Source: an uncultured virus (IMG/VR IMGVR_UViG_3300032220_001739) (lineage: Duplodnaviria > Heunggongvirae > Uroviricota > Caudoviricetes). From it: a DNA stretch of 64,000 nucleotides. The stretch is from the IMG/VR virus record IMGVR_UViG_3300032220_001739. One strand, written 5' to 3'. Under the pieces are notes generated by a model. The model was not told the origin of the DNA. It made no database searches and worked only from the letters and a program-made list of their open reading frames with translations. Both the position numbers and the translations under genes were made by a program. This document shows positions 46,324-55,366 of this stretch, piece after piece. Within the stretch, counting starts at the first letter, position 1. Each line of letters begins with the position of its first letter.

Positions 46324-47064
46324 ATGAAGATCTCCGTAAATATAATAGCTACTGGTAATTACACAAGGTTTATACAACCATTGGTAGATTCCGCCGAAAA
46401 CTTTTTCTTTAAATCAATGGATAAAACCTATATAATATATTCAGATAGTGAGATAGAAGGACCAGATAATATAATATGGAAAAAAATAGATCATGAACCT
46501 TGGCCCTTCCCGACATTAAAAAGATTCCACTACTTTAAACTTGCAAAAAAAGAAATATTGGACTCAGACTATTCATTCTATATAGATGTGGATAGCCTTT
46601 TTATGAATGAATTTGAAATAGAATTAAGCTCAGCTGTCACTACAATAGCAACGATCCACCCTGGATATAAAGGCGGTATCGGAACACCGGAAAGAAATCC
46701 TAACTCTTTAGCATATATCGGATATGAAGAGAAAAACACTTATTTCTGTGGCGGATTCTTCGGTGGAAGTTCAGTTTCTTTTATTAAATTATCAGAGGAG
46801 ATGTCTGAAAATATTGACAATGATCTTTCGAAGGGAGTAATTGCCATCTGGCACGACGAATCACATCTAAATAAATACTTTTTAAAAAACAAGCCATCGA
46901 TTATCTTAGACCATACAATTTCAGAATCAGAGGGAAATTTTTATAAAGGATCGAGAGGTCAAAAGATAATTTTCCTAGATAAATCGCACGATGAGATTAG
47001 GGATTTTAAAAATTCAGATACTAAGGAACCATTAAGAATAAAAACTAATAATATAAAAGTATGA
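46324..47064 (+). CDS. GT6 (ABO-like) alpha-1,3-GalNAc/Gal transferase
   Basis: IATGNY, WP..TL.RF, DVD, HPG, YFCGGFFGG and WHDESHLNKY motifs. Confidence 0.88.
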   Translation: MKISVNIIATGNYTRFIQPLVDSAENFFFKSMDKTYIIYSDSEIEGPDNIIWKKIDHEPWPFPTLKRFHYFKLAKKEILDSDYSFYIDVDSLFMNEFEIELSSAVTTIATIHPGYKGGIGTPERNPNSLAYIGYEEKNTYFCGGFFGGSSVSFIKLSEEMSENIDNDLSKGVIAIWHDESHLNKYFLKNKPSIILDHTISESEGNFYKGSRGQKIIFLDKSHDEIRDFKNSDTKEPLRIKTNNIKV

Positions 47065-47900
47065 TTGATTTAAAAAAATGCACATTTATTATACCCATAA
47101 AGATAGAGCACCCAGATAGACTCAGAAATCTAAGTACAACTCTAGGATATCTTAACAATCACTTTCAGACGAACGTTATATTATATGAAATAGAGGATCT
47201 AAATTCAGTTGAGGTAAAGAGTAAGAATCCAGACCTTTATAACCTCGAGGATCTTAAAAACCTTAATCTGAATCATATTGTAAAAAAGCATGAATCTATT
47301 GAATTTTTCCATAGGACCCTATATTTAAACGAGATGCTAGAGATTGTTGAAACTGAGGTAGTTTGTAACTATGATATAGATGTTATATTGCCAGTAGAAT
47401 CCTACGTTGAAGCTGTGTCTAAAATATTAGACGGCGAGCTCGACGTAGCGTACCCATACTTATTCGGTATTAGTCAATTTCAAGTTTTTCAAAACTTAGA
47501 TAGATCACCATTTGAGAAAAGTTGGGATCTTTCCGATATACTATCTCACAGTGATAAAATAAACAGGTATCATTCTGAATATGGCCATTGTATATTTTTC
47601 AATACTCAAGGATATCGTGAGCTAGGCGGAGAGAATGAATACTTTAAGTCATACGGTCCAGAGGATAAAGAAAGAGGTATGAGGTTCATGCGATGTGATA
47701 AAAAAGTAGAATGGCTAGGAGGTGACGTTTTTCATTTTGAGCACTATCGTAGCAACGATAGCTCGCCATCCAATCCTAATATAGATTTTAATAATTATCT
47801 TTTTTCTAAGTTGTCTAATAAAACAAAAGAAGAACTTATAGAATACTACAGCAGTGTAGAATACAGATCGAAGTACAGCAAGATGCAAAACCTAATTTAA
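47061..47900 (+). CDS. GT2/GT7C-like glycosyltransferase
   Basis: IIPIK...DR..NL, NYDID and GGENE.F.SYGPED.ER motifs. Confidence 0.7.
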   Translation: MIDLKKCTFIIPIKIEHPDRLRNLSTTLGYLNNHFQTNVILYEIEDLNSVEVKSKNPDLYNLEDLKNLNLNHIVKKHESIEFFHRTLYLNEMLEIVETEVVCNYDIDVILPVESYVEAVSKILDGELDVAYPYLFGISQFQVFQNLDRSPFEKSWDLSDILSHSDKINRYHSEYGHCIFFNTQGYRELGGENEYFKSYGPEDKERGMRFMRCDKKVEWLGGDVFHFEHYRSNDSSPSNPNIDFNNYLFSKLSNKTKEELIEYYSSVEYRSKYSKMQNLI

Positions 47901-47913
47901 TTCTAATATACAA

Positions 47914-48636
47914 GTGAAAGCGTGTGTTATTTTTTATCATAAGAATTCTACTGTCCTGTATAAAAAAAGATGGATTGACAAGTGCATAGATACTATACTA
48001 AACCAGTCTTTCCAGGATTTTTGTATATATGAGATCGATTACGGGGGAGATGATTTTTCTATATTCTCTGGTATTAATCCAAATAGGGATTTGAATTTTT
48101 ACAGCAAAAAATTCGACAACCATGCGGAGGCAATGAACTTTATAATAGATATTGCCTTTCGTGAAGGATGCGATGTGGTTTTTAACACTAATGTGGATGA
48201 CTTCTATTCGTTGGATAGATTTAAGGAGCAATTGGAGATATTGGAAATTGGATATGATCTAGTTTCCTCCGATTTTTACTACGTAAAAGATTTTAACGAA
48301 AAAGAAATGGACGTCATAACTAACGATATTTGTGTTTCTAAGGAAAGACCAATATCAGTTGAATTGGGAAAAAATAATAACGTAATAGCTCACCCATGCG
48401 TTGCTTTTACTAAAAATTTCTGGAACATCAATAGATACGACCCTCTTGAAATACCACAGGAGGATCTTCTTCTTTGGAAAAGAGGAGTAGAATCAGGTAT
48501 GAAATTTTACATAATACCGGAAAAACTACTTTTTTATAGGATACATGAAAAACAGATATCCGCCTCCCCTAAAAAAGAAGCAAAAGAAACGGAAAACACG
48601 AGCGATGGAGTATGGTTTAACGATTATAATGTTTAA
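47914..48636 (+). CDS. GT2-like glycosyltransferase
   Basis: CID.ILNQ, NVDD, IAHP, EDL.LW and YRIH motifs. Confidence 0.7.
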   Translation: MKACVIFYHKNSTVLYKKRWIDKCIDTILNQSFQDFCIYEIDYGGDDFSIFSGINPNRDLNFYSKKFDNHAEAMNFIIDIAFREGCDVVFNTNVDDFYSLDRFKEQLEILEIGYDLVSSDFYYVKDFNEKEMDVITNDICVSKERPISVELGKNNNVIAHPCVAFTKNFWNINRYDPLEIPQEDLLLWKRGVESGMKFYIIPEKLLFYRIHEKQISASPKKEAKETENTSDGVWFNDYNV

Positions 48637-48639
48637 AAT

Positions 48640-49623
48640 ATGAATAAAAGAGCTCTTATAACAGGAATAAATGGACAAGATGGATCTTATCTTGCGGAGT
48701 TTCTAATCGAAAAAGGATATGAAGTATTCGGTACAGTAAAGAGAAATTCTGTAGCTGAAAATCAGACAGCAAGATTGGATTCGGTATATGATAAGATCGG
48801 AAAGAATCTAATTTATGCGGATCTTACAGATATAGCTTCCCTGCTGAATGCTCTAAGAATATCAAATCCGGACGAGATCTATAACTTAGCTGCTCAATCC
48901 CATGTTAGAATATCTTTTGATCAACCTCTTTACACAGCTCAAGCTACAGGGATAGGGACTCTTAATGTACTGGAAGCAGTTAGATCTTTCAACCCGAAGA
49001 TAAAGATATACCAAGCATCATCTTCTGAGATGTTTGGTAATTCTATAGGTCAGGACGGATTCCAAAGAGAATCAACTTCCATGAATCCAGTTTCACCATA
49101 CGGCTGTGCAAAAGTTTTCTCCTATAACATCTGTCGTAATTATAGAAACTCATACGGAATGTATATTTCAAACGGTATTCTATTTAATCACGAATCACCA
49201 AGAAGAGGGACTAACTTTGTTACTAATAAGGTATGTAAAGAAGCTGTTAAGATAAAACTAGGTCTATCTAATAAACTAGCACTTGGTAATCTAGATGCTA
49301 CGAGAGACTGGGGACACGCTAAAGACTATGTTGAGGCGATGTGGCTCATACTTCAACGGGAATCACCGGATGACTATGTTTGTTCTACTGGAGTATCGCA
49401 TTCTGTAAAGGATCTAGTCGAGTATGTGTTCGGTAAGCTAGATCTTGATTGGAAAGACTATGTGGTACAGGATGAAAAATTCCTTCGTCCAGAGGAGCTT
49501 GATGATTTAAAAGGAGACAGCAGAAAGCTTCGTTCTTTAACGGGATGGTCCCCTAAATACACATTCGAAACTATGCTCGATGAGATGATAGAGCATTGGC
49601 TAAGCTATTACTCTAATAAATAG
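48640..49623 (+). CDS. gmd: GDP-mannose 4,6-dehydratase
   Basis: ITGINGQDGSYLAE, LAAQSHV, NHESPRRG and RDWGHAKDY motifs. Confidence 0.95.
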   Translation: MNKRALITGINGQDGSYLAEFLIEKGYEVFGTVKRNSVAENQTARLDSVYDKIGKNLIYADLTDIASLLNALRISNPDEIYNLAAQSHVRISFDQPLYTAQATGIGTLNVLEAVRSFNPKIKIYQASSSEMFGNSIGQDGFQRESTSMNPVSPYGCAKVFSYNICRNYRNSYGMYISNGILFNHESPRRGTNFVTNKVCKEAVKIKLGLSNKLALGNLDATRDWGHAKDYVEAMWLILQRESPDDYVCSTGVSHSVKDLVEYVFGKLDLDWKDYVVQDEKFLRPEELDDLKGDSRKLRSLTGWSPKYTFETMLDEMIEHWLSYYSNK

Positions 49624-49648
49624 AGACAAGAAGGATTGAGAACTGTTG

Positions 49649-49656
49649 GATATATA
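49649..49656 (+). promoter_or_regulatory. (G/A)ATATATA late-promoter box (representative of about 18 copies)
   Basis: Also on + at 2000, 4446, 8299, 10180, 11251, 13869, 14849, 27185, 52019, 61411 and 63108, and on - at 1961, 8241, 13846, 17990, 20679, 26274 and 30945; always just 5' of an ORF. Confidence 0.75.
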
Positions 49657-49678
49657 ATATTGCAAAAAAATCCGACAG

Positions 49679-52003
49679 ATGAGAAAAATAGTCTCTTTTT
49701 CCCTTTTTAATAAAATATTAGAAGGCGATCAAACATACGAGGAACTCGTTCCAGAGTTCTCTGAGTATAACTCAATACTATCCACATTTCTTAATACGAC
49801 AACTTCTATTCTTACAAGAACTAAGGGTATTGACAGAGAAGTATTAGCAAGCCTAGTTGATGATATAAAAACAGTTCCTTTAGAAGGCAAGGCTAATGCT
49901 TTGACAAAAGTATTTGACGGCGTCATAAAATATGAAAATCCAGATTTAGATCCCGCTGTAAAGAGCAAGTTAAATGAGATTGAAGCTGAGATTAAAAAGA
50001 TAGAGCCTCTCCTATCTGAACTCATTGCACAGGAGGAAGATGTAGAGGTTAAGGAAAAATTGCTAGACTTTATATCTAAATGGTGCGATAAGAGCAGGGA
50101 TGTGATACTAAAACCGGAAGACGTAAAAGAGTCTTTAAGAATTTTTGAATCTATTAAGCTCGATCCTAGAAACATGTTCAATGTTTTCAGCTCCGATGTT
50201 TCTAATCTTTTAACACAGGCCAATGCAGTAAAAACTGACATTGATGCACTCTACGATAATCCAACCAGTGCTAGATTAAAGAGAAGTATAGAGCCCTATA
50301 AAAGAAAAATAGATTTGTTAGTAGACGAGCTTCAAACAGGAAATGGGCAGGGCGTAAATTGGTCTATACTCAATAGACCACAGGCAAAGGAAAGAATAGC
50401 TTTTATTCAAAATGCAATAAGAGATATAGTTAACGACTACACAGAGATAAGCTTCAAGGAAACTGCTTATGATGGTAGAATTAAACCTATAATGGCTAAG
50501 CTAAGCTCCGTAACGGGCAGAATAAATGTCCTACTGTCAGATCTATTGAGAATAGAAAAAGAGATAGAGGAAGAAAAAGTTCTATCTACCTCAATGAAGG
50601 AAGCTAATCTGGACTGGAGCATAAAGGGTAACTTTAACCAAATAATCGGGCAGAGAAAGGGGAAATGGTACGAGCCAGCTTCCGTAGGTGGGGATCTTAC
50701 ACTGCAATTATTCATGAGATTTGGGCCAGATTCTCTTTTAAAGGGCGACGCATCATCATACAAATTGGAGAATAGCAAATGGTATACGGCCAAAGATAAA
50801 AACATAGATTTCGATTCAAAAGAATGGGTTGAAATAACAGACCCGGAGTCTATTAAGATTTTAAATAATGCATACGCATATAAGCTAATAAAGGAGATAG
50901 AATGGTGTGTGGATAATAACAAATCTATTTATGACAAGAGTGGAAGCTATGTACCCACAGAGGAGGAATCTAAAAAATTCATAGCTAATTTAGCGGTGGC
51001 TAAAAACTTTGATCCTATAGCAGCTTCCAAGAGGGTTAAAGGCAAGAATGGGTATGATGAAGCTAAGACAACAGAAGACATAGAATCAGACACGCAGGAA
51101 ACTAATGACGGTGGGTCTGGATCGGACGGATCAGATGGGTCCTCCAAAAATACCAATCCAGTAAAAAAGGAGGAGAAGACAGCTACATGGGAAACAATTT
51201 CGAAAGAACTACCAGGCTTAACTTTTAGGGTAGGTGATAACGTAGTTACCAATGATAATGCGGAAAGAAAATGGCAGAAGGCAGGAAAGGATCTCACCAC
51301 ATCATGGTTTACCCCAGGTGCTTTCACTACACCGGATAGCATAAAGTCAGAAGGATTTGAGATGAGCGGATATTGGATAAGACTAGCATCAGGTTATTGG
51401 GAGATGTATAAGGGAACGAATAAACCTGCCAACGAAGATGGTAAAATATTAAGAATGAAGATTTTTCAGAACAAGGATAAAAAAACTTCTGATCTTTTTA
51501 AAAATATAATTACAAGTTTAAATAGCCAGCTGGAAAGAAACCTTAATGATTTAAAGGATCTATCTAGATATTGGGGAATCGGATCCGGTAAAACTAACAT
51601 CAGCGATACCGCTTGGGGATCTGAAAAGGAATCAAGAGCTATCATCAAAGGGGGAGGAACAAAGGACGAAAGAATAGAGGTTGAGATCTGGCCTGATAAA
51701 TTAGGAGGAAGCTCCACGTCCGACGACATCATTCTAAAGGTTTACAAAAACGGTGGATTGGGAATATTGGATGACGATAATTCCGATAGCATCTGGGGTA
51801 GCTGGAAGGTTGATGACGACGGCGATAACTTTATAGTAAAATGGGAAATGTATAGCGGCTCCTCCAATAAAGGATGGAAACCGATTAGCGATTATTCAGG
51901 TGGAAGAATAGGTGCAATTACTAAATTTACTGGACCTGTTAGCGGGGGATTAAAACCAGTTTTAGATGACGCAATGAGAAGATTCATACAGGTTTTCTAT
52001 TAA
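49679..52003 (+). CDS. large putative virion (internal) protein
   Basis: 774 aa, late box, leader IVSFSLFNKILE, helical N-terminal half. Confidence 0.7.
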   Translation: MRKIVSFSLFNKILEGDQTYEELVPEFSEYNSILSTFLNTTTSILTRTKGIDREVLASLVDDIKTVPLEGKANALTKVFDGVIKYENPDLDPAVKSKLNEIEAEIKKIEPLLSELIAQEEDVEVKEKLLDFISKWCDKSRDVILKPEDVKESLRIFESIKLDPRNMFNVFSSDVSNLLTQANAVKTDIDALYDNPTSARLKRSIEPYKRKIDLLVDELQTGNGQGVNWSILNRPQAKERIAFIQNAIRDIVNDYTEISFKETAYDGRIKPIMAKLSSVTGRINVLLSDLLRIEKEIEEEKVLSTSMKEANLDWSIKGNFNQIIGQRKGKWYEPASVGGDLTLQLFMRFGPDSLLKGDASSYKLENSKWYTAKDKNIDFDSKEWVEITDPESIKILNNAYAYKLIKEIEWCVDNNKSIYDKSGSYVPTEEESKKFIANLAVAKNFDPIAASKRVKGKNGYDEAKTTEDIESDTQETNDGGSGSDGSDGSSKNTNPVKKEEKTATWETISKELPGLTFRVGDNVVTNDNAERKWQKAGKDLTTSWFTPGAFTTPDSIKSEGFEMSGYWIRLASGYWEMYKGTNKPANEDGKILRMKIFQNKDKKTSDLFKNIITSLNSQLERNLNDLKDLSRYWGIGSGKTNISDTAWGSEKESRAIIKGGGTKDERIEVEIWPDKLGGSSTSDDIILKVYKNGGLGILDDDNSDSIWGSWKVDDDGDNFIVKWEMYSGSSNKGWKPISDYSGGRIGAITKFTGPVSGGLKPVLDDAMRRFIQVFY

Positions 52004-52048
52004 ATGAAATAGAAAAAAGATATATAAGAAAATAAAAAAAACATAACA

Positions 52049-53335
52049 ATGAAACCAATTTTAGATTTTAAAACGTTCCAGAGGATTTTTGAAGCTGACG
52101 AGCCCGCAAAAGAGGGGGTTTCAGCTATTGCTCCCTTGGTATTAAGCTTATATTTTCAGGCTTACGGAGAACTAGCCTCCAAAGTGGAAGGATATAAGGA
52201 TGTAGTTAAGGATCTTCAGTCCATAATGAAAGCAGAGGTTGATAAAAAACCAGAAGTAATAGAAGCTATAGCTAAGAAAATAGCGGCTCTAGTTAAAGAT
52301 GCAGACATAAAGAAAGAATTGGAAGCTTCTATAGTACCAGCTGTTACAGTTTTAGGTGAAGCTTATAAAGAGCTCTTAAAGACAGCTAGCGACGAGGATA
52401 AGAAGAAAATGCAAGAGGCATTCGCTGATGGTGTTTTGGACTATCAAAACAGTCTCATTCAAGCTGTTAAATCAGTTAACGAAAGCTATTTTATAGAAAG
52501 AGATCCTATCTTAGAAAAGAATACATTTAAAGACGATAGATCTGATTTAATCAGAGACCTCAACACTCTAGAAAGTGGAATTAACATGGTTCTTTTAAAT
52601 CCTCCAACAGAGAGAATAAAAGGAGCAATGTCAGGACTAGCAGGACAGGTTAAAGAACTTAAAAAGGAACTTACCGATGATGCTAAATGGGAGGCAATGA
52701 GTAGAAAGGATAGAAAGAACAGAGTGAAGGAAATCCCTCAGTTGATTGCTAAAATAAAAGAGGATCAGAGTAAAGCTATTTCTGATGAGGTTGTTAAATC
52801 CGGGATAGAGAAAACAGTATTGACCAAAATACAGAGTGCACAAGCTAAATTAAAAGAAGGTACTGAAAAGATAGGCGCTATAGTTCAGAAGAATATAGAA
52901 ACCAAGAAATCGGAAGACTCTAAAAAAGCAGGTGAGGAAGAAGCTAAGGCTTTAAACGATTTCAAGAAAGCTAGCCTTAAATTAGACGATTACAAAGAGA
53001 TCGTAACTGGCAAAAAAGAGGTTGGGAACCTTCAGAAGAAAGGTAAGAATCTTAAGACAATTCAGAAGATCCAGGAGTTATTGAATAACTACTTAGAAAA
53101 ACCAATTAAGGCAGATGGACTTTACGGCGAAGGCACTGAAAAAGCTATCGCGGAGGTATCTAAAGCACTATCTCTAATTGAGCCAGAAGTGAAAAGTGAC
53201 GGTAAAGTAATGTCACCTCTTTTGCAAGCTATGCTTATGAAAATCGAAGAGAAAGGTGGAAAGGAAAAAGTTAAACAAGCATTCGATAAGGTTTCTAAAG
53301 AAGGTAGCGGAGAAGAAAAGGCAGAAAAAAAGTAA
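52049..53335 (+). CDS. putative virion protein with a C-terminal peptidoglycan-binding (PG_binding_1-like) domain
   Basis: IQKIQELLN...KADGLYGEGTEKAI; leader ILDFKTFQRIFE. Confidence 0.7.
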   Translation: MKPILDFKTFQRIFEADEPAKEGVSAIAPLVLSLYFQAYGELASKVEGYKDVVKDLQSIMKAEVDKKPEVIEAIAKKIAALVKDADIKKELEASIVPAVTVLGEAYKELLKTASDEDKKKMQEAFADGVLDYQNSLIQAVKSVNESYFIERDPILEKNTFKDDRSDLIRDLNTLESGINMVLLNPPTERIKGAMSGLAGQVKELKKELTDDAKWEAMSRKDRKNRVKEIPQLIAKIKEDQSKAISDEVVKSGIEKTVLTKIQSAQAKLKEGTEKIGAIVQKNIETKKSEDSKKAGEEEAKALNDFKKASLKLDDYKEIVTGKKEVGNLQKKGKNLKTIQKIQELLNNYLEKPIKADGLYGEGTEKAIAEVSKALSLIEPEVKSDGKVMSPLLQAMLMKIEEKGGKEKVKQAFDKVSKEGSGEEKAEKK

Positions 53336-53349
53336 ATTAAAGGCATCTA

Positions 53350-55137
53350 ATGAAAATACTGAGCTTCTCAGATTATCTAATTGAAAAGGAGGATCCCAAT
53401 GAGGGATCCTTCTCTTCTGATGAATTTACTTTTAGAAACGGTATATTCGGTGGGACCAGATTCAAATCTAACAAAAAAATGGATCTCATAGATATCTCAG
53501 GAGACACCAAGCTAATGCCCAAGGACGATAAAGCAGTATTGGGGATTAGAAATTGGGAAAGAATATCAGGAATAGATTCCAAAAGGAAAAAAGGATCAGA
53601 GGATCAGTATAAATGGATAGAACTAGAAAATAAAGGTGCGACTAAGAGATATCAGGAAGGCGATCAGGAATTTGATGCAGCGGTGAGATTCATAAATAGA
53701 TTAATCAATCAACTATATTCCCAAAGTACCAAGGGGGGTGATTCTGAAACTGGTAAGGATATTAGTGCAGACGATTCTATCTATAGGCTATTATTGGATA
53801 AAGCTCTTTCAGCATTAGTCATGATGAGAGCTATTCTACCGGTGAACGCAGAGGGTAAGCCGAAGATAAAAGAACTTCTAGATGACTTTAATATCTACAC
53901 TAGCATAATAGGTATTCTAAGACAGGTAAAGCCAGATAAGGCTTCGCATAAAAAAATGTGGGGTGATATAAAGAATCTGGGATCAGAGAGTGAGAAGTAC
54001 ATAGAGGAATTCGGTGAAGTATGGGGTGAATTAGAGAAAGCACCAGAGGGAGGAGAGACACAGGCAGAGATGTTACATAGAGGGGCTTTGGATTTTAAGA
54101 ACGCTAAAGAAAAATATAGTGCCACCGGAAATGGTGCTTCTACTTTCATAAAAGCAGGTATAGATAGTTATGCTAACGGTGGTTTAAATCTATTGGATAG
54201 CAACGGCATTGATCTAAACTCCCTACAAAAAGTTTTTCCTGAGATCATAAAAAAATACGAAGAAAAAGAAGCGGGTGGAGCAGTTAATGAGTCCTATATT
54301 AATCTAAAAAATAGATCAGATCTATTCGAGAGAAAAAAATCAGACGATTCTTCCACAGCTCAGATGCAGGAAGCTTCCTACTCAACTCTATTAAATCAAG
54401 TAATATCGCTAGCTGGAATCATAGATAGCTTCATAGATTTCTTTATAGGATCCCCGTTTGAAACAGAAATCAGAGCTTCAGCCGCTAAGTACCAAAAACC
54501 ACTTCAGCAGGCTGCACAGTTTTTATCATCTAATAACTTCTCAGAGATAAGGGGAAGTAGTGCAGGTGGTGATAAGATTAAGGAGATAACTGACAACTTA
54601 GAAAAGCTATCCGCACAAAATGGAGAGTTAAGTATCGCTGAGTGGAAAAATAAATCCTTAGAAAAATACGGGAACGCTCAGATTTCTAACGACTTTCTTA
54701 AAGATGGTGACGAAAAGATAGCAAGAGCTCAAGGTGTAGTAAACGGTATGGTTAAGTTGTCCTCACTTAAACAGAAAGCAGCTTCAACCGAACTTCAAAA
54801 TGTAATAGCTGATATTGCTAACGTAAACACAATTGATGATCCTAAGATTGATAGAGTAGGTGGTGGCGATGGATATGACGAAGAGGGAGTACCCACATCT
54901 AAAGAAGATATAGAGAAGCTTCAAAAGGAAATATCTAATATATTAGGTACTCCCAAATCTGCTACAGATAAGGTAACACCAGAGGAGGTATTGGAAATAG
55001 CTAGATATCTTTCACTGCTAACAGGAAAGACATATAAAACTGCTAACGGTACCCCCGACACAGGGGAGATTAATAAGGACATACGCATATTCCTAGAAAA
55101 AAGAGGGGATATAAAGAAAGAGCTATATGTTAATTGA
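53350..55137 (+). CDS. large putative virion (internal) protein
   Basis: Leader MKILSFSDYLIE; internal VNESY...LFE. Confidence 0.7.
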   Translation: MKILSFSDYLIEKEDPNEGSFSSDEFTFRNGIFGGTRFKSNKKMDLIDISGDTKLMPKDDKAVLGIRNWERISGIDSKRKKGSEDQYKWIELENKGATKRYQEGDQEFDAAVRFINRLINQLYSQSTKGGDSETGKDISADDSIYRLLLDKALSALVMMRAILPVNAEGKPKIKELLDDFNIYTSIIGILRQVKPDKASHKKMWGDIKNLGSESEKYIEEFGEVWGELEKAPEGGETQAEMLHRGALDFKNAKEKYSATGNGASTFIKAGIDSYANGGLNLLDSNGIDLNSLQKVFPEIIKKYEEKEAGGAVNESYINLKNRSDLFERKKSDDSSTAQMQEASYSTLLNQVISLAGIIDSFIDFFIGSPFETEIRASAAKYQKPLQQAAQFLSSNNFSEIRGSSAGGDKIKEITDNLEKLSAQNGELSIAEWKNKSLEKYGNAQISNDFLKDGDEKIARAQGVVNGMVKLSSLKQKAASTELQNVIADIANVNTIDDPKIDRVGGGDGYDEEGVPTSKEDIEKLQKEISNILGTPKSATDKVTPEEVLEIARYLSLLTGKTYKTANGTPDTGEINKDIRIFLEKRGDIKKELYVN

Positions 55138-55366
55138 TAATAAATAGTTTTTTTTGTAAAATTATTTATTATTTTGAAACAATCCGTAATTTAACAGCTA
55201 AGATAATTACTTGTGATTACCCGGGGTAATATCATACTAAGACGTATAAGAGCCCAAACTTATCTTTACAAAGTCAAAATCTAAAACCTAAGTCCCAATC
55301 ATAAAATTCTAAAAGAAACCTCTTGCTGTTTTCCGAGTATAATATAGAAAACATTTCTATTTAATT

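Noticed and set aside
31158..49623. Bacterial chromosome O-antigen locus or eukaryotic giant virus origin
   Set aside because: The island is flanked by T4-like UvsX/gp41/gp46/gp47/gp15 genes and bS21, has bacterial-type terminators nearby, and lacks wzx/wzy/wzm.
55138..55366. Replication origin in the AT-rich gap with an ATTACCC-G-GGGTAAT palindrome
   Set aside because: There is one short palindrome and no iterons; the gap is explained by a terminator/promoter region before uvsX.
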